Shown: positions 42,104 through 56,444 of the stretch, piece by piece | Numbering within the stretch: position 1 is the first letter of the stretch | Layout of the letters: each line of letters begins with the position of its first letter | Source: Octopus sinensis | Lineage: Eukaryota | Reading direction: 5' to 3' | DNA length: 64,000 nt | Assembly: GCF_006345805.1 (NCBI RefSeq) | Contig: NC_042998.1 | Coordinates: forward strand, 193,812,001 to 193,876,000 | Notes under the pieces: generated by a model | Database searches by the model: none | The model's input: the letters and a program-made list of their open reading frames with translations, nothing else | What the model was told of the DNA's origin: nothing | Translations under genes and position numbers: made by a program

Positions 42104-42358
42104 GTGGAGGCGCGTGGTTTAGTGGCTAGGGTGTCAGCATCATGATCGTAAGATTGTGGTTTCGATTCCTGGACCGGGCGACGCGTTGTGTTCTTGAGCA
42201 AAACACTTCATTTCACGTTGCTCCACTCCACTCAGCTGGCAAAAATGAGTAACGCTGCGATGGACTGCCGTCCCATCCAGCTGGGGAACACATACGCCAT
42301 AGAAACCGGGAAACCGGGCCCATGAGCCTGGCTAGGCTTTAAAAGGGCGCATTTATTT
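42104..42358 (+). mobile_element. SINE group D (tRNA head, CORE-like body, tail related to SINE-C tail 1)
   Basis: TTGTGTTCTTGAGCAAAACACTTCATTTCACGTTGCTCC resembles the CORE domain; tail CGCCATAGAAACCGGGAAACCGGGCCCATGAGCC. Confidence 0.75.
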
Positions 42359-42660
42359 GTGGAGGCACATGGCCTAGTGGTTAGAGCAGCGGACTCGCGG
42401 TCGAGGGATCGCGGGTTCGAATCTCAGACCGGGCGATGTGTGTGTTTATGAGCGAAACACCTAAGCTCCACGCAGCTCCGGCAGAAGGTAATGGAGAACT
42501 TCTGCTGACTTTTTCGCCACAACTTTCTCTCACTCTTTCCTCCTGCATCTTGCAGCTCATCTGCGACGGACCGGCGTCCCGTCCAGGTGGAGAACCTATA
42601 CGCCAAGGAAACCGGGAAACCGGCCCTTATGAGCCAGGCTTGGCTCGAGAAGGAACAAAC
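42359..42660 (+). mobile_element. SINE group C (tail type 1), directly abutting SINE-D
   Basis: Full-length match to the other C copies. Confidence 0.92.
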
Positions 42661-42899
42661 TATCACTTTCTATCTATCTATATATCTATCTCTCTATCTT
42701 ATTCATTCACTCATTCTTTCTGCCTATTCTACAACTACTCAACTTGTCTCTCCTATTCTCGACAACCTTATAGTCATGACCATATATTAAACTTTTCTCC
42801 AAGTCCTTTCCCCTCTAAACTACAACTGCTATAATTCCATCTCGATTCTATATCTACTGGCAAACATTAAAATTGAACATCAACTGCATTAGTCTCGTC

Positions 42900-43960
42900 C
42901 AGTCTGGGATGCCTTTAAATGTTATGGATAGATAACAGAGAAGGCTATTGAATGTCTCTGTAGCTAACTTTTATAAAAAAGAAAATTAGTTTCCTCATTT
43001 TTTATGCCAATTAATGCCATATAACAGGAGTTGGATGAATCCCTTAACCTGTGTAGACTTTAAAGCATCAATGAAGAATTTTGTCTTTATGTTGTGTCTC
43101 TAGTTATGTCAATCCCCTCCAAACCAAAATAATCATGTCGAGATTTCAGTACAGCACAGTCAACCAACGAAACGCACTCATCATTTATATAATATTCCTT
43201 CATTACTTACTACGGGTAACTTAGTCTCTTCGTGATATCTCTAGGTTGAATGGACCTTTGAATTCTTTTTTCTCTGGGACAGGTACAAAATTTTTTTCGG
43301 TTATTCTGTTCTTCTCTTCCTGATAAAAATGAAAAAAATAACTAGAATATACTACACGAATATGACATAATTAATTCTATACAGATGATATATAACATAT
43401 AGAAACAGACTGTTTATAAATATAGATATTGAATAAATATAAAAATATTAAATATTGGAGTGAAAATAATATAGAATTTCAAATACTTATCTCCTGGAGC
43501 TTCATTCACCACTTTCCTCAACTCAACACCAAGATCGAACTTTAATTTATCGTTTTAGCAGAATATCAGTTCACTAAAATTTTAGGGGACAAATTCTACA
43601 AACTTACCTGAAAATGGCACACCATTGAGACTTTATCAGTTATATGCTAAAGATATTATAATATATTACAGAAACGGTTAATAAATTCATTAATTATACA
43701 CTTTTTTGTATATTATCTTCTTAAATGACAGAATATCTCAATAGAAGTGGAATAAAATTCCAAGATATCCGAAACCTAGCTGGTATCTTTTTAATGGTTA
43801 CACAAAATTATTTCATGTATTCAAGGATCTGTTAGTTCTACTAAGATACTTTCGCTTTCCATTTTCTTCTTCTGGGAGGATTTTTTTTTTTTTTTTTTCA
43901 ATTTTTGCTATTTTTTTACGAATCTTCGGATTGTTTAGAATAATGGCTTTTCCGATATCT
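42900..43960 (-). mobile_element. Possible ancient RTE-type LINE remnant
   Basis: Colinear weak motifs: ELRKVVNEAPGD (KAPGxD-like), FVPVPEK (FxPIPKK-like), LE.QHKD and FID (CFIDY-like). Confidence 0.35.
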
Positions 43961-45005
43961 AAAGAATACGAATAGAAAATTAAAGATAAAAAAAAAACTC
44001 CTTCAAATGCAAATCACGTGGTATTAGCATTATTTAGCATATTTTCCCGAAAAGTTAAATCATTTACATGCAAATATGAAAAGCTTGGTTATTGTTGCTT
44101 CAAACTATTTGCGTAGAGTGTTGAAAGCTAAGGAAGGCCTTTTATATTGTAAGTGTGTTATTTCATACTCAATAAAGATAGTTTGGCTTTCTACTCAATG
44201 ATAACAATACATGTATGGATGTAAATGTATATGTAGCACACACACACACATCATCTACGTGTGTATGTGTCAGTGTGCGCCAGTGAGCTTGTTTTCGTTG
44301 TATGCATGTATGAAACAATGTTTTGCGTGTTTACACGTTTTTATGCAAATAGTCCCACATTATTTTTCTGTATATGTATACGCGTCTGTTTCAGACTGTG
44401 TGGTTATCCTAATAGTACGACATTATGAAAAGAAGAAATAGAATGGATCCAGTGATATCACGAAATGAATATTGCTCTGTTTATGACATAGATGAAGGGA
44501 ACTCGTGTTCTTAAGTTAACCTATTGTATCTTACTATACACGAGTGCGACCATCCAAGAAAATCGATGTCAAGCTAAACGCTGTTAGTCATAAATTGATA
44601 GTTTTGTCCGCTGATCAAAGCCTGTGGTTCATTATATTGTAAGTCTCCTAATGTCTTGAAAATATTGATTTCTAACTTTAGCCGGAAGCCACAAACATGT
44701 TTTTAGGAGAGGAATATAGACGATTTAATGGAACTTCAGTATTTGACTGATATTGTTTTATCAGCTCTAGAGAAATGAAACGCATAGTTAACTTCGATGG
44801 CGGTTTGAAACCAGAGCATAATAGGACGTGCTTAAATGTTACACGATTTATAGCATGAATGCAAGGTTTCAAACTGGATGAGAAAGGAACAGTCGAATAT
44901 CTTGACCCTAGTACTTGACTGGTACTTATTTTATCAACCCTAGAAGAAGAATAGATAAAGTTGACCTCAGCGAGATTTGAACACAGAACCTAAAGGAATG
45001 TAACT

Positions 45006-45393
45006 ACTTTTCTGCTCTATGCACAAGGCCTGAAATTTGCGGGTGGGGGCCAGTCGATTAGGTCGACCCCAGTATGCAACTAGTACTTAATTTATCGACT
45101 TCGAAAGACAAAGTCGACCTCGGCGGAATTTGAACTCAGAATGTAAAGACAGACGAAATACCTATTTCTTTACTACCCACGAGGGGCTAAACGCAGAGAG
45201 GACAAACAACGACAGACAAACGGATTAAGTCGATTATATTGACCCCAGTGCGTAACTGGTACTTATTTAATCGACGCCGAAAGATTGAAAGGCAAAGTCG
45301 ACCTCGGCGGAATTTGAACTCAGAACGTAACGGCAGACGAAATACTGCTAAGTATTTCGCCCAGCGTGCTAACGATTCTGCCAGCTCGCCGCC
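45006..45393 (-). mobile_element. SINE-B heterodimer (tail type 1 unit plus tail type 2 unit) inserted in an older SINE-B
   Basis: TSD AATGTAACTA on both flanks; same AAGAAATA|GGTATTTCG junction near 45163. Confidence 0.85.
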
Positions 45394-46030
45394 TTAATGT
45401 AACTAAATACTGCAAAGTATTTAGATACGGACGTTCAGCGACTAAAAATATTAATATCTCAAAGAGAACAGGGAAGGCGTGCTTGATATTACAGATATTA
45501 CTTGATTATATTTAGTTGATAAATCAGAACATATGGCCTTTGATTAACAAAATCGTCGGGCCGTTGGACAAATGCATTCTTTCAACTACTTTAGTTCTTA
45601 GTTCAAATCTTTCTGAGGTCAACTTTGCCTTTCGCTCTTTCAGAACTGATGAAATAAAATACCAATGAAAGTATACGAGTCACTTTAGCCCCATATACTC
45701 GTACCAATCCCTGAAGTCAATAATAATATGAATAGATTCGCTGGAATTAAGGAAACTACTGATCGCTTGCGTTGGAAACTTTCACAGTCATGTGTTAGCT
45801 AACAGTAACACGTATTAATATAAACTAAAACTAAGCTATACATGTGTGTGTGTATGTGTGTGTGAGTGTGTGTGTGTGCTGGCCAGTAGCTCATATGCTC
45901 GAAAACGAAGCACACTCAAAAAGTAGGGTGGTAATATTTAGGAGTTTGTTTGTTATGTTCGGTCCCCGAGTGACCGTACCTATAAGACGCTTAGCTGTAT
46001 AGACGATTCGTCAGACACAAGTGGGCCAGC

Positions 46031-46110
<80 letters not shown>

Positions 46111-46120
46111 GTGTGTGTGT

Positions 46121-46571
<451 letters not shown>

Positions 46572-46960
46572 CTAGCAGTATCGCCCAGCGTTGCTCGGGT
46601 TTGTTTCCACCCTTAAGAACTGGAAATTTTGAAAAGTAAAAATTTTGCATTATATAGCTTGTTATTCTCTTTAAGTGAACATTTTTCTGGTTGAAATACA
46701 CCGAAAAATGGCGACACAGCAGTCAAAAAATCGTAAAAAATAGGGATTTTCATAGAAAAAAAATCACCTTTTTGATGTATATAATTTTTGGTGTTAACAT
46801 GGTCCGATTTGAATTTTATCTTCTAAGGAATGAAGAGTAAGCCTTTCTCTATCTTACTCACAATTTTGGTCAACTTGCACCGCAGGGACTCGGAAGAGAT
46901 AGTGTTAGTTGAAGGCTACCAGACCTGCCATACACAGACAACTTCCGCTTATATATATAT
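46572..46960 (-). mobile_element. Non-autonomous Helitron, same family as 16524-16914
   Basis: 3' hairpin plus CTAG|T at 46572; colinear with the 16.5-kb copy. Confidence 0.88.
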
Positions 46961-47061
46961 TATATATATATATAATATATATATATTATATATATAATAT
47001 ATATATATATATATAATACCAATGAAAGTATACGAGTCACTTTGGCCACTTATACTCGTAG

Positions 47062-47104
<43 letters not shown>

Positions 47105-47119
47105 TAAATATATGCAACT

Positions 47120-47350
47120 CGTAAACACCAGTCGTCTTTTTTCTCTTTCCTTGTTGCCCGCTCTGACTTCCCTTCCTTGTCCCCGCTCTGGGATCTTTCT
47201 TTCTATCTCTTCCTTCCTTTATGTTTCGACGAAGAGCTCCGCTGCTCGAACGTCATACCTCCCTTCTCCTTTTCCTGAGCGCTATTAATAATAATACTGT
47301 AATTGTTTTCCATGTTGTTGTGTTTTTTTGTTTCCCGTTTGGATTAAAAA
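47120..47350 (+). mobile_element. Family E element
   Basis: GTTT-CGACGA-AGAGC-TCCGCT-GCTC-GAA-CGTC; flanked by (TA)n. Confidence 0.7.
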
Positions 47351-47379
47351 TATATACTATATATATATATATAATATAT

Positions 47380-47413
<34 letters not shown>

Positions 47414-47675
47414 AAGTGATTTTACTACAACTATACATTTCTTAAATATAGCCACGAAACACGTGTCGTTATTCACCAATTATATATGTTTTTAGTATTT
47501 TTTTTGCAATTTACTTAATCATTGATACTTTATTTATTTTTTCAATTTTATATTTCTATGATATGTAATTTTCTATATGTGGTTTTATTTTGTTCATTTT
47601 GATTGATAAAGTGGGTTTTTTCTAATTTTATTATATACATATAGATATATACATATATTCTATATATATATATAG

Positions 47676-47715
<40 letters not shown>

Positions 47716-47716
<1 letters not shown>

Positions 47717-49048
47717 TATTTTCTCGTTTTGTAACTAATTGTACTTTTTGTACATGTATTTTTTATTTTTGCAGTTTTATTGTTTGTCTAATCAAAAAAA
47801 GGCTTTTTCGTTCGTCCTCTTGTGTTGTTTTTGTACATGTATTTTAATTTTGCAGTCCTTATTGTTACGTCTTGTTTGTGTTTCGTACTCATTGTGCCCC
47901 GCTGCTTGAAATTTTATTTTAATTCCTCCGCAGGAAGGCTATTGGATTAGTGTTCTGTTAATGCTTCGAAACATCCTGACTCCTCTGGCGACAGCTGATG
48001 ACGGGGGTTTTGTCCTTGTGTAACCTTCCTGTATTTGGTTTTCTTTTCCGTTTTCTTGTTTTTTTTGTTTTTTTTTGGCTTTTTCTGTTTCTACGTCTTA
48101 TTGTGATGTGTCTGTACTTCCGTATAATTATTTATATATGCATGTATATCATGTAGATGTAGGTACGTACATATAATGTTTGTATGTATGCATATATTTT
48201 CTTTATCTCCTATGTCTGACAGCGCCCCGCATCAGGTTCGTTCCGATTCGTCGTTCGATCCACTCTTGGTCCCCTTTTTTTACTTTAATATTATTATATT
48301 GAAGATGCGGTACTCTCCCCGTCTTTACCTTAAACCTCTCAATCTTCCTCCCTCCCCCTCCTCCTCTCTCTTCGCCGCGTGTCCCCCTCTCCTATCCCTC
48401 TCTTCTTCCTATAAAACAAATTCCTTTACACGTGGTTACCACTATTGAAAAAGACTGCCTCCACCCTGCTACTACTACACTTTCGTCCTTTTGCCAGCAA
48501 AAGGCTTCTTCGTGTCCCCTTGTGTGGTTAATTTCCTGTATAGTATTCTTGTTATTTTCTCGTTTTGTATAATTGTACTTTTTGTACATGTATTTTTATT
48601 TTTGCAGTTTTATTGTTTGTCTATGGCCAGAAAAAAGCTTTTTCGTGTCGTCCTCTTGTGTGTTGTTTTTGTACATGTAATTTTATTTTTGCAGTCTTAT
48701 TGGTTACGTCCTTTTTTGTGTTCGTACTTATTGTGCCCAGCTGCTTAAATTTTATTTTAATTCTCTCGCAGAAGGCCTATTGGATTAGTGTTCTGTATGC
48801 CTGCGAAACATGCCTGACTACTCTGTCGACAGCTGATTACGGGGGTTTTGTCCTTTGTAACCTGTCCTGTATTTGTTTTCGTTTTCCGTTTTCTTGTTTG
48901 TTGTTTTTTGGGGCTTTTTCTGGTTTCTACGTCTTATTGTGATGTCCTGTACTTCCTTATAATTATTTATTATGCATGTATAATATCACTTAGATGTAGG
49001 TACGTACATATATGTTTGTATGTATGCATATATTTTTATTTATCTCCT
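47716..49048 (+). mobile_element. LTR-like non-coding element: two direct repeats of about 500 bp around a core of about 340 bp, set in (TA)n
   Basis: 47716-48212 is repeated at 48551-49048. Confidence 0.85.
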
Positions 49049-50089
49049 ATATATATATATATATAGTTGTGTGTGAAATTTGATTTTAGTATTTCTAAAT
49101 TGATTTTTTTTTCCTGTATTTGGATTTATATTCCCTCAAATAATAATTATATATATATGCTGTTATCAAGTATAGTATCGTTAACAACATAAATATCAAC
49201 TCTACATATATAATGTACTTTATTGGGTGATGGTCTCCTCCATTTCATTTCGAGAGTCACATTACTTATATATCCATATGTACCAGTGTACGTTGTGCGT
49301 GTGTGCGTGTGCATGTGTATGGATGTGCGCGTATGTGTGTGCGTGAATGTTTTAATGTCTTAGCCAAAGGAGAAAAGAAAGGTGAGCATGGCTCTTTTGA
49401 GGACCTCCGAGATTAGTAAGAAGAGAAGAATTTATCTTCAGTTTAGAGACGTGGCCCAAATGGTTGCAACAGATTACACTCTGCTAAACCCACTCAGAGA
49501 CCAGATGGTGGAGTTAGGCCAAACAAGAGATTAAGTCTGCCATATAATTGCTGTGGTTATTTCGTCTGTTTCTATTTCCTCAAGTATCTGCGTTTCTTAA
49601 AATGCTTTGAGGGAATACGACAACTTATTTGAACAGCTATAGTAACCACGGTGAGGGTCTCTCATTGGTAGACAGTTACTTTACATAGTACCTGGTTGTA
49701 ATTAACTGTGAATAGTTAAGAACAGGAAGAAGTTTACTTGGTATCGAGTAATTGTCGATTCAAATACTTTTCGACATGAAACGTAATAATTCTGACAAGA
49801 AAATTGGCTAAAATGATTTATTAACTCCCTAGTTTAATATAAAACCGAATTCATTTAAAAACTGGCTTATAGCTTCCCGTTCTTAAGAGGCAGGAAAAAT
49901 TAAGATGGAAACGCGGGCACTCCTCAAAGGAAAAATGACTCTCCGGCGATTTGCAGCATTTTCAATTAAATCTCTTGTTTAATATCTGATCTTTTCCATT
50001 TTATTTTTCATTTTTTTTTTTAAATATGGAATTATATATTCTTACGTGCATATACAGATTTTACATATCTAAGTACGTACATACATACA

Positions 50090-51062
<973 letters not shown>

Positions 51063-51286
51063 TAAATACTATTTTATGCATATCCACCCAAATATTTTCC
51101 TGTTTTTTGCTTTTGCTTCCATTGATTTTTCTCTCCCATTCTCTCTTCTCAACTCTCACCGTCTGGAGTGAAAAAAAAACAGTACATTTGCCGCATTCAC
51201 TTCATTGGGTGGGGTATATATGCCTTTCTCTCCGAGCGAACTCGGACATTCCCAACAACAACTGACCTCCAGAATATGCGATCATT

Positions 51287-51520
51287 GAAGGCGGCGAACT
51301 GGCACAAACGTTAGCACGCCGGGCGCAATGCTTTGCGGTATTTCGTCTGTCTTTACGTTCTGAGTTCAAATTCCGCCGGAGTCGACTTTGCTTTTCATCC
51401 TTTCGGGTTCGATAAATTAAGTACAAGTTTCGTACTGGGGTCGATGTAATGGACTTAATCCCTTTGTCTGTCCTTGTTTGTCCCCTCTGTGTTTAGCCCC
51501 TTGTGGACAATAAAGAAATA
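51287..51520 (+). mobile_element. SINE group B monomer with a 16-bp TSD
   Basis: TSD AGAATATGCGATC(A/G)TT at 51271-51286 and 51521-51536. Confidence 0.93.
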
Positions 51521-51649
51521 AGAATATGCGATCGTTCATAGATAGTAGTCAGATTCTCCGACTTTATCCCAATGTCTTGGTCAATACACGTAAAGTGACA
51601 TACGTCTCTTCTTTCACCCTTGGACTTCCATAGCTGCAACAGTCATACT

Positions 51650-52001
51650 AGTCACGCCTCGCTTCCTTATGAGAGCTCAAAATCTCTCGTGGAAGCGCCA
51701 TCCAACCAAAATGCAAATATATGGGAAACTACCACCTGTGTCATCTCTTGTGAAAGGTAGGAGAGTCCAGTTTGCTGGACATTGTTGTAGAGCTGAAAAA
51801 GAGGTAATTTCTACTCTCCTCCTCTGGAAGCCATCTGCTTGCGATACCAGAGGGCGCACACTCTCCTACCCTGATGTAATCTCCAGGGATACAAGCATCC
51901 AGCAACAGGACCTCCGTAATGCCATGATGGACCGTGAAGTCTGGCATAGCATGGTAAATTCTATTGTCTCGATCACGGTCGAACAATGATGATGATGATG
52001 A
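51650..52001 (+). mobile_element. 5'-truncated RTE-type LINE 3' end with a (GAT)n tail
   Basis: QNLSWKRHPTKMQIYGKLPPVS..VKGRRVQFAGHCCRAEKE...LLLWKP...RGRTLSYPDVISRDT...AMMDREVW, stop, then (GAT)n. Confidence 0.9.
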
Positions 52002-52222
52002 TTAGTTTCGCTAACAGCGGCCAAAAAAATTTTATTCTTCCTTGTTGCGATCTTTTTGTTAATTGAGGTAGATTACTATAATATTCGCATTGGCTTCATA
52101 GTTCCCGTATGACGTGTCCAACCGTTTCTGTTTCTGTAGAACATTTGTTAGTATAATTGTCTTGACGCAGGTCACAATTTAGATTTGATCTTCATGTTGT
52201 CTTCATTTTGCGTTAGATGCTG

Positions 52223-52613
52223 TTGCTGTTGTTGCTGCTGTTGCTGTTGAGCGAAGCGGTCTTCGTCCCAGAGCTCACAGTGGAAGAAGTCCGAATCGTG
52301 GTTCTTTGCTATTCGTAAGACCCGCAGAAGAGAAAGCAGGTCAACCCCCAACACCGAGAGCATTGACGGATGGATGAATGCGCATCCAGTCTCAGCGGTT
52401 GCGTAGGAAGTCGGGGACAAGAAACAGGAAGAAAGAGTGAGAGAGAGTTGGAGCGAAAGAGTACAACAGAGGTCACCACTCACCCTGCCGGAGCCTCGTG
52501 GAGATTTAGGTGTTTTCGCTCATTAAACACACACAACGTCCGGTCTGGGAATCGAAACCGCGATCCTCCGACCGCAATCCGCTGCCCTAGCCATTGGGCC
52601 ATTGTGCCTCCAC
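52223..52613 (-). mobile_element. SINE group C head and body with tail type 3 and a (CAA/CAG)n end; 15-bp TSD
   Basis: TSD TTGCGTTAGATGCTG at 52208-52222 and 52614-52628. Confidence 0.9.
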
Positions 52614-52629
52614 TTGCGTTAGATGCTGA

Positions 52630-53775
52630 CCAATAAGCGATGAAGGAAAGTATTGTCTGATGGAGAGACCCTCTTGATCAGCCATCTGACATCACTAAAG
52701 TACCGATTTAACAAGTAGATGCTGAAGGTCGAGAAATAAATACAATCGAGTTCACAAGAATGCATAACAACTTTTGCAAACAATAAAGCTTCTGGTGTGG
52801 ACAACATTCCGATCGAGGTTTGGAAAACAAGTGCAATCACAGAGCTCTTGGGTGAAAAGTAGCATTGTTCCAATTCAGAGTCAGTGACCTAAGCATCATA
52901 GGAAATTATACAGGTAAAAGTTTATTGGTATGATCTGTGAAATTTATAATCTGCGAAATTTATGATCCAATAAATTTATGATCCAATAAATTTATGATCC
53001 AATAAATTTATGATCTGCTAAATTTATGATCCAATAAATTTATGATCCAATAAATTTATGATCTGCTAAATTTATGATCCAATAAATTTATGATCCAATA
53101 AATTTATGATCCAATAAATTTATGATCTGCGAAATTTATGATCCAATAAATTTATGATCTGCTAAATTTATAATCCAATAAATTTATGATCCAATAAATT
53201 TATGATCCAATAAATTTATGATCCAATAAATTTATGATCCAATAAATTTATGATCCAATAAATTTATGATCCAATAAATTTATGATCCAATAAATTTATG
53301 ATCTGTGAAATTTATGATCCAATAAATTTATTATCTGCGAAATTTATGATCCAATGAATTTATTATCTGCGAAATTTATGATCTACGTACTTTTGATCTG
53401 CGAAGTTTATGATTTGTTACAATGAAGAATCAGACATCACTTAGAACTAAACCTCAGAAACAACTAGGATTCCAACCAAACTATTCCACTACAGCATAAA
53501 TACTTTCTTTGCGAATATTGTTAAGATAGTAAAATATTATAATCCAGAAACATTACTAACTTTTGCGGATTTCAAAAGTACTACAAGAACTGCCTCGGCT
53601 AATTAATCTACCGGATTTGCCAAATGGTATGAACATAAATACCAGCTAAAAATAATAACAGGAACAGATTTTGCAGGCGAGATTACAGTATTCAGCTGGA
53701 AAAGGATACAAACGCTATCTGTTACAATGAGTGGAGATAACAGCTGCTCAAATTGGTTTAGACAAGGCAAGAACT
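52630..53775 (+). mobile_element. Decayed RTE-type LINE reverse transcriptase fragment interrupted by a minisatellite
   Basis: NNKASGVDNIPIEVWKT, IVPI..DLS..GNY.G before the array; QLGFQPNYSTT..ILSLR, TFADFK and DFAGEI after it. Confidence 0.75.
52930..53415 (+). repeat. 16-bp minisatellite AAATTTATGATC(CAAT/TGCG/TGCT/TGTG), about 30 units
   Basis: Seen directly. Confidence 0.97.
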
Positions 53776-53817
53776 GAGTTCATCTCTCTTAAACATCATA
53801 TAAGAATTATAAATAGC

Positions 53818-54245
<428 letters not shown>

Positions 54246-54498
54246 ATAAAACTGTTGCCGATCTTTCTACCCTGACGCGAGAAGCCGGTTTTACAGTAAT
54301 GTTTATATGCATCTACAACTGGTTGCATATATTTTACTTTTTGCACAGTTCATCTGCCATCATGAACATTTTAACTATTATGTAATCTCGAGCCCCAAGA
54401 AACAGTTGTCGGAATTGAAATACCATGTCTCCTTTCCTTAGCTTTCTGTATCTTTTTGCACTCCATGTAAACTTATTCTGTAAATATATAAATATCTA

Positions 54499-55409
54499 CG
54501 AGGGAGTACCCGAAAGTAAGTGGAAACTTTCTCTGTAAGACAAACCCGTTGTAGTTCGGGCTTCTGCCGCTAGAAACAGCTTGATGCGACCCCAGACATC
54601 AGTCTGTCGACCGGCGTCATCGTCTGCAGTCGTATTGCCACGTAATGTGTCTTTGTTTTGCAGTGTTTCTCCCCTGTTCGTCGATTTTTGCGATGGCTGA
54701 AACGAGTGCTTCCGTAAAATTCTGTTTTCTGCTGGGGAAAACGATGGACGAAATAGTTGTCATGCTTCGAACAACTTACAAGGACTCTGCCATGAGCAAA
54801 ACACATAAACTAACTGAAGCACTATTTATGGGCACAAGTTCACGAGTGCTTTCCATGCTTTAGGAATGGTCACTTGTCGCTTGAAGACCGATCTCGATCA
54901 GGGCACCCGTCGACCTCACGAAAACATGAAAATTCATGAACTGATCTTCGAGGACCGTCACCGAACAGCTGACGAACTTGTTGATATGATTGGTGCGTCC
55001 TAAAGCTCTTGCCAACGAATTCTGAGCGAGGAAGTGCGAATGAAGAGTTGCAGCAAAATTTGTGCCTCGCTTGCTCACGGAAGATCAAAAGCCTGAATGC
55101 GTGTCGCGAACTGAAAGAACACTTGGAAGTTGATCTGGAACCTTTTTCTTTTTTTCGAAAGTCATCATCGGTGACAAAAGCTGGTGCTACGGAATTTAGA
55201 GATGTGGAAGAGGTGAAGAAAAAAATCGACGGAGACGTTAAAAGGCATCACTTTACAAGAATTCCAGCACTGCTTCGAACAGTGGAAAACGCGTCTGAAC
55301 TGATGAATTGCTTCAAATGGAAAATATTTAAAGGCGATAAAAGTGTAAACATGTAAAATTAAGTAAATCAAATATTGCAAAATTCCAGTTACTTTTGGAT
55401 ACCCCCTCA
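54499..55409 (+). mobile_element. Internally deleted mariner element with both TIRs (about 910 bp)
   Basis: TA-CGAGGGAGTACCCGAAAGTAA ... TTACTTTTGGATACCCCCTCA. N-terminal peptide VKFCFLLGKT...VVMLRTTYKDSAMSKT; first-D region GDKSWCYG fused to the C-terminus. Confidence 0.9.
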
Positions 55410-55775
55410 CACATACGAGTGTTCACCTACTGAATATTTTCAATTTTTGTTTATATATATATATTTTAGCACTCCCACATTCTTCTTCTCCTCCTCCTCC
55501 TTCGTCTTCTTTTTTTTCTTCTTCTTCTTCTTGAGGGAAGAATTCACAACGACCTCGAACCCACAAGAGTAAACAAGAGAGACAGAGACAGGCAGAAACA
55601 AGGAAAATGCCCTTGTATTTGAACACTATGCAAATATTCTTTTAAAAATTTTTTTTCTTTTAATTTTTCTAAATATAATTGTTTAATTGTTACTGTTGAA
55701 AAAGTTTCAATGACTGAAACCGGCACTGAAATGTTTTTTTAAAATCATTTTAGCATTTTCTATCTTGACCTTTTT

Positions 55776-55836
<61 letters not shown>

Positions 55837-55940
55837 GTCTATTTGCCCACGTAGTGGCAGTCCTACGTAGGACCTCTATTACTACTATTTAACCCCAAGA
55901 AAACATCTTTGCCAACTGGTTATAGATATTTACATGTATG

Positions 55941-55975
<35 letters not shown>

Positions 55976-56201
55976 TGTGTGTGTGTGTGTGTGTGTGTGT
56001 AAGTATGGATATCATATATCAATCCCAAACTCTCACCATATCAGCTCACCTGGATTACTCTTACAGTCACTCTTTACCCTGCGGACTTAGTCCTCGATAA
56101 AGACTTCGAAGTGTAAGTTCAAATCATTTGAGCACTACAAAGTGTTTTCTATGTTGAGCATTTCCGGATGCACTTCACAAGTGTCACAATATCTTTCCGA
56201 A

Positions 56202-56438
56202 AGAAAGGCGGCGAGCTGGCAGAAACGTTTGCACGCCAGGCGAAATGCTTAGCGATATTTCGTCTGGCGTTACGTTCTGAGTTCAAATTCCACCGAGATC
56301 GACTTTGCCTTTCATCCTTTTGGGGTCGATTAAATAAGTACCAGTTACGCACTGGGATCGATATAATCGACTTAATCCGTTTGTCTGTCCTTTGTTTGCC
56401 CCCTCTGTGTGTAGTCCCTTGAGGGCAGTAAAGAAATA
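56202..56438 (+). mobile_element. SINE group B monomer with a 16-bp TSD
   Basis: TSD ACAATAT(C/A)TTTCCGAA at 56186-56201 and 56439-56454. Confidence 0.93.
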
Positions 56439-56444
56439 ACAATA

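Noticed and set aside
43211-43648. Minus-strand exon candidates 43610-43648 and 43211-43319 with good splice signals
   Set aside because: The phases do not join into an open frame, and the surrounding sequence shows colinear decayed LINE motifs. RNA-seq junction reads would reopen this.
49364-49381. 18-nt microexon candidate (TAG|CCAAAGGAGAAAAGAAAG|GTGAGC)
   Set aside because: Weak polypyrimidine tract; such matches are expected by chance in 64 kb.
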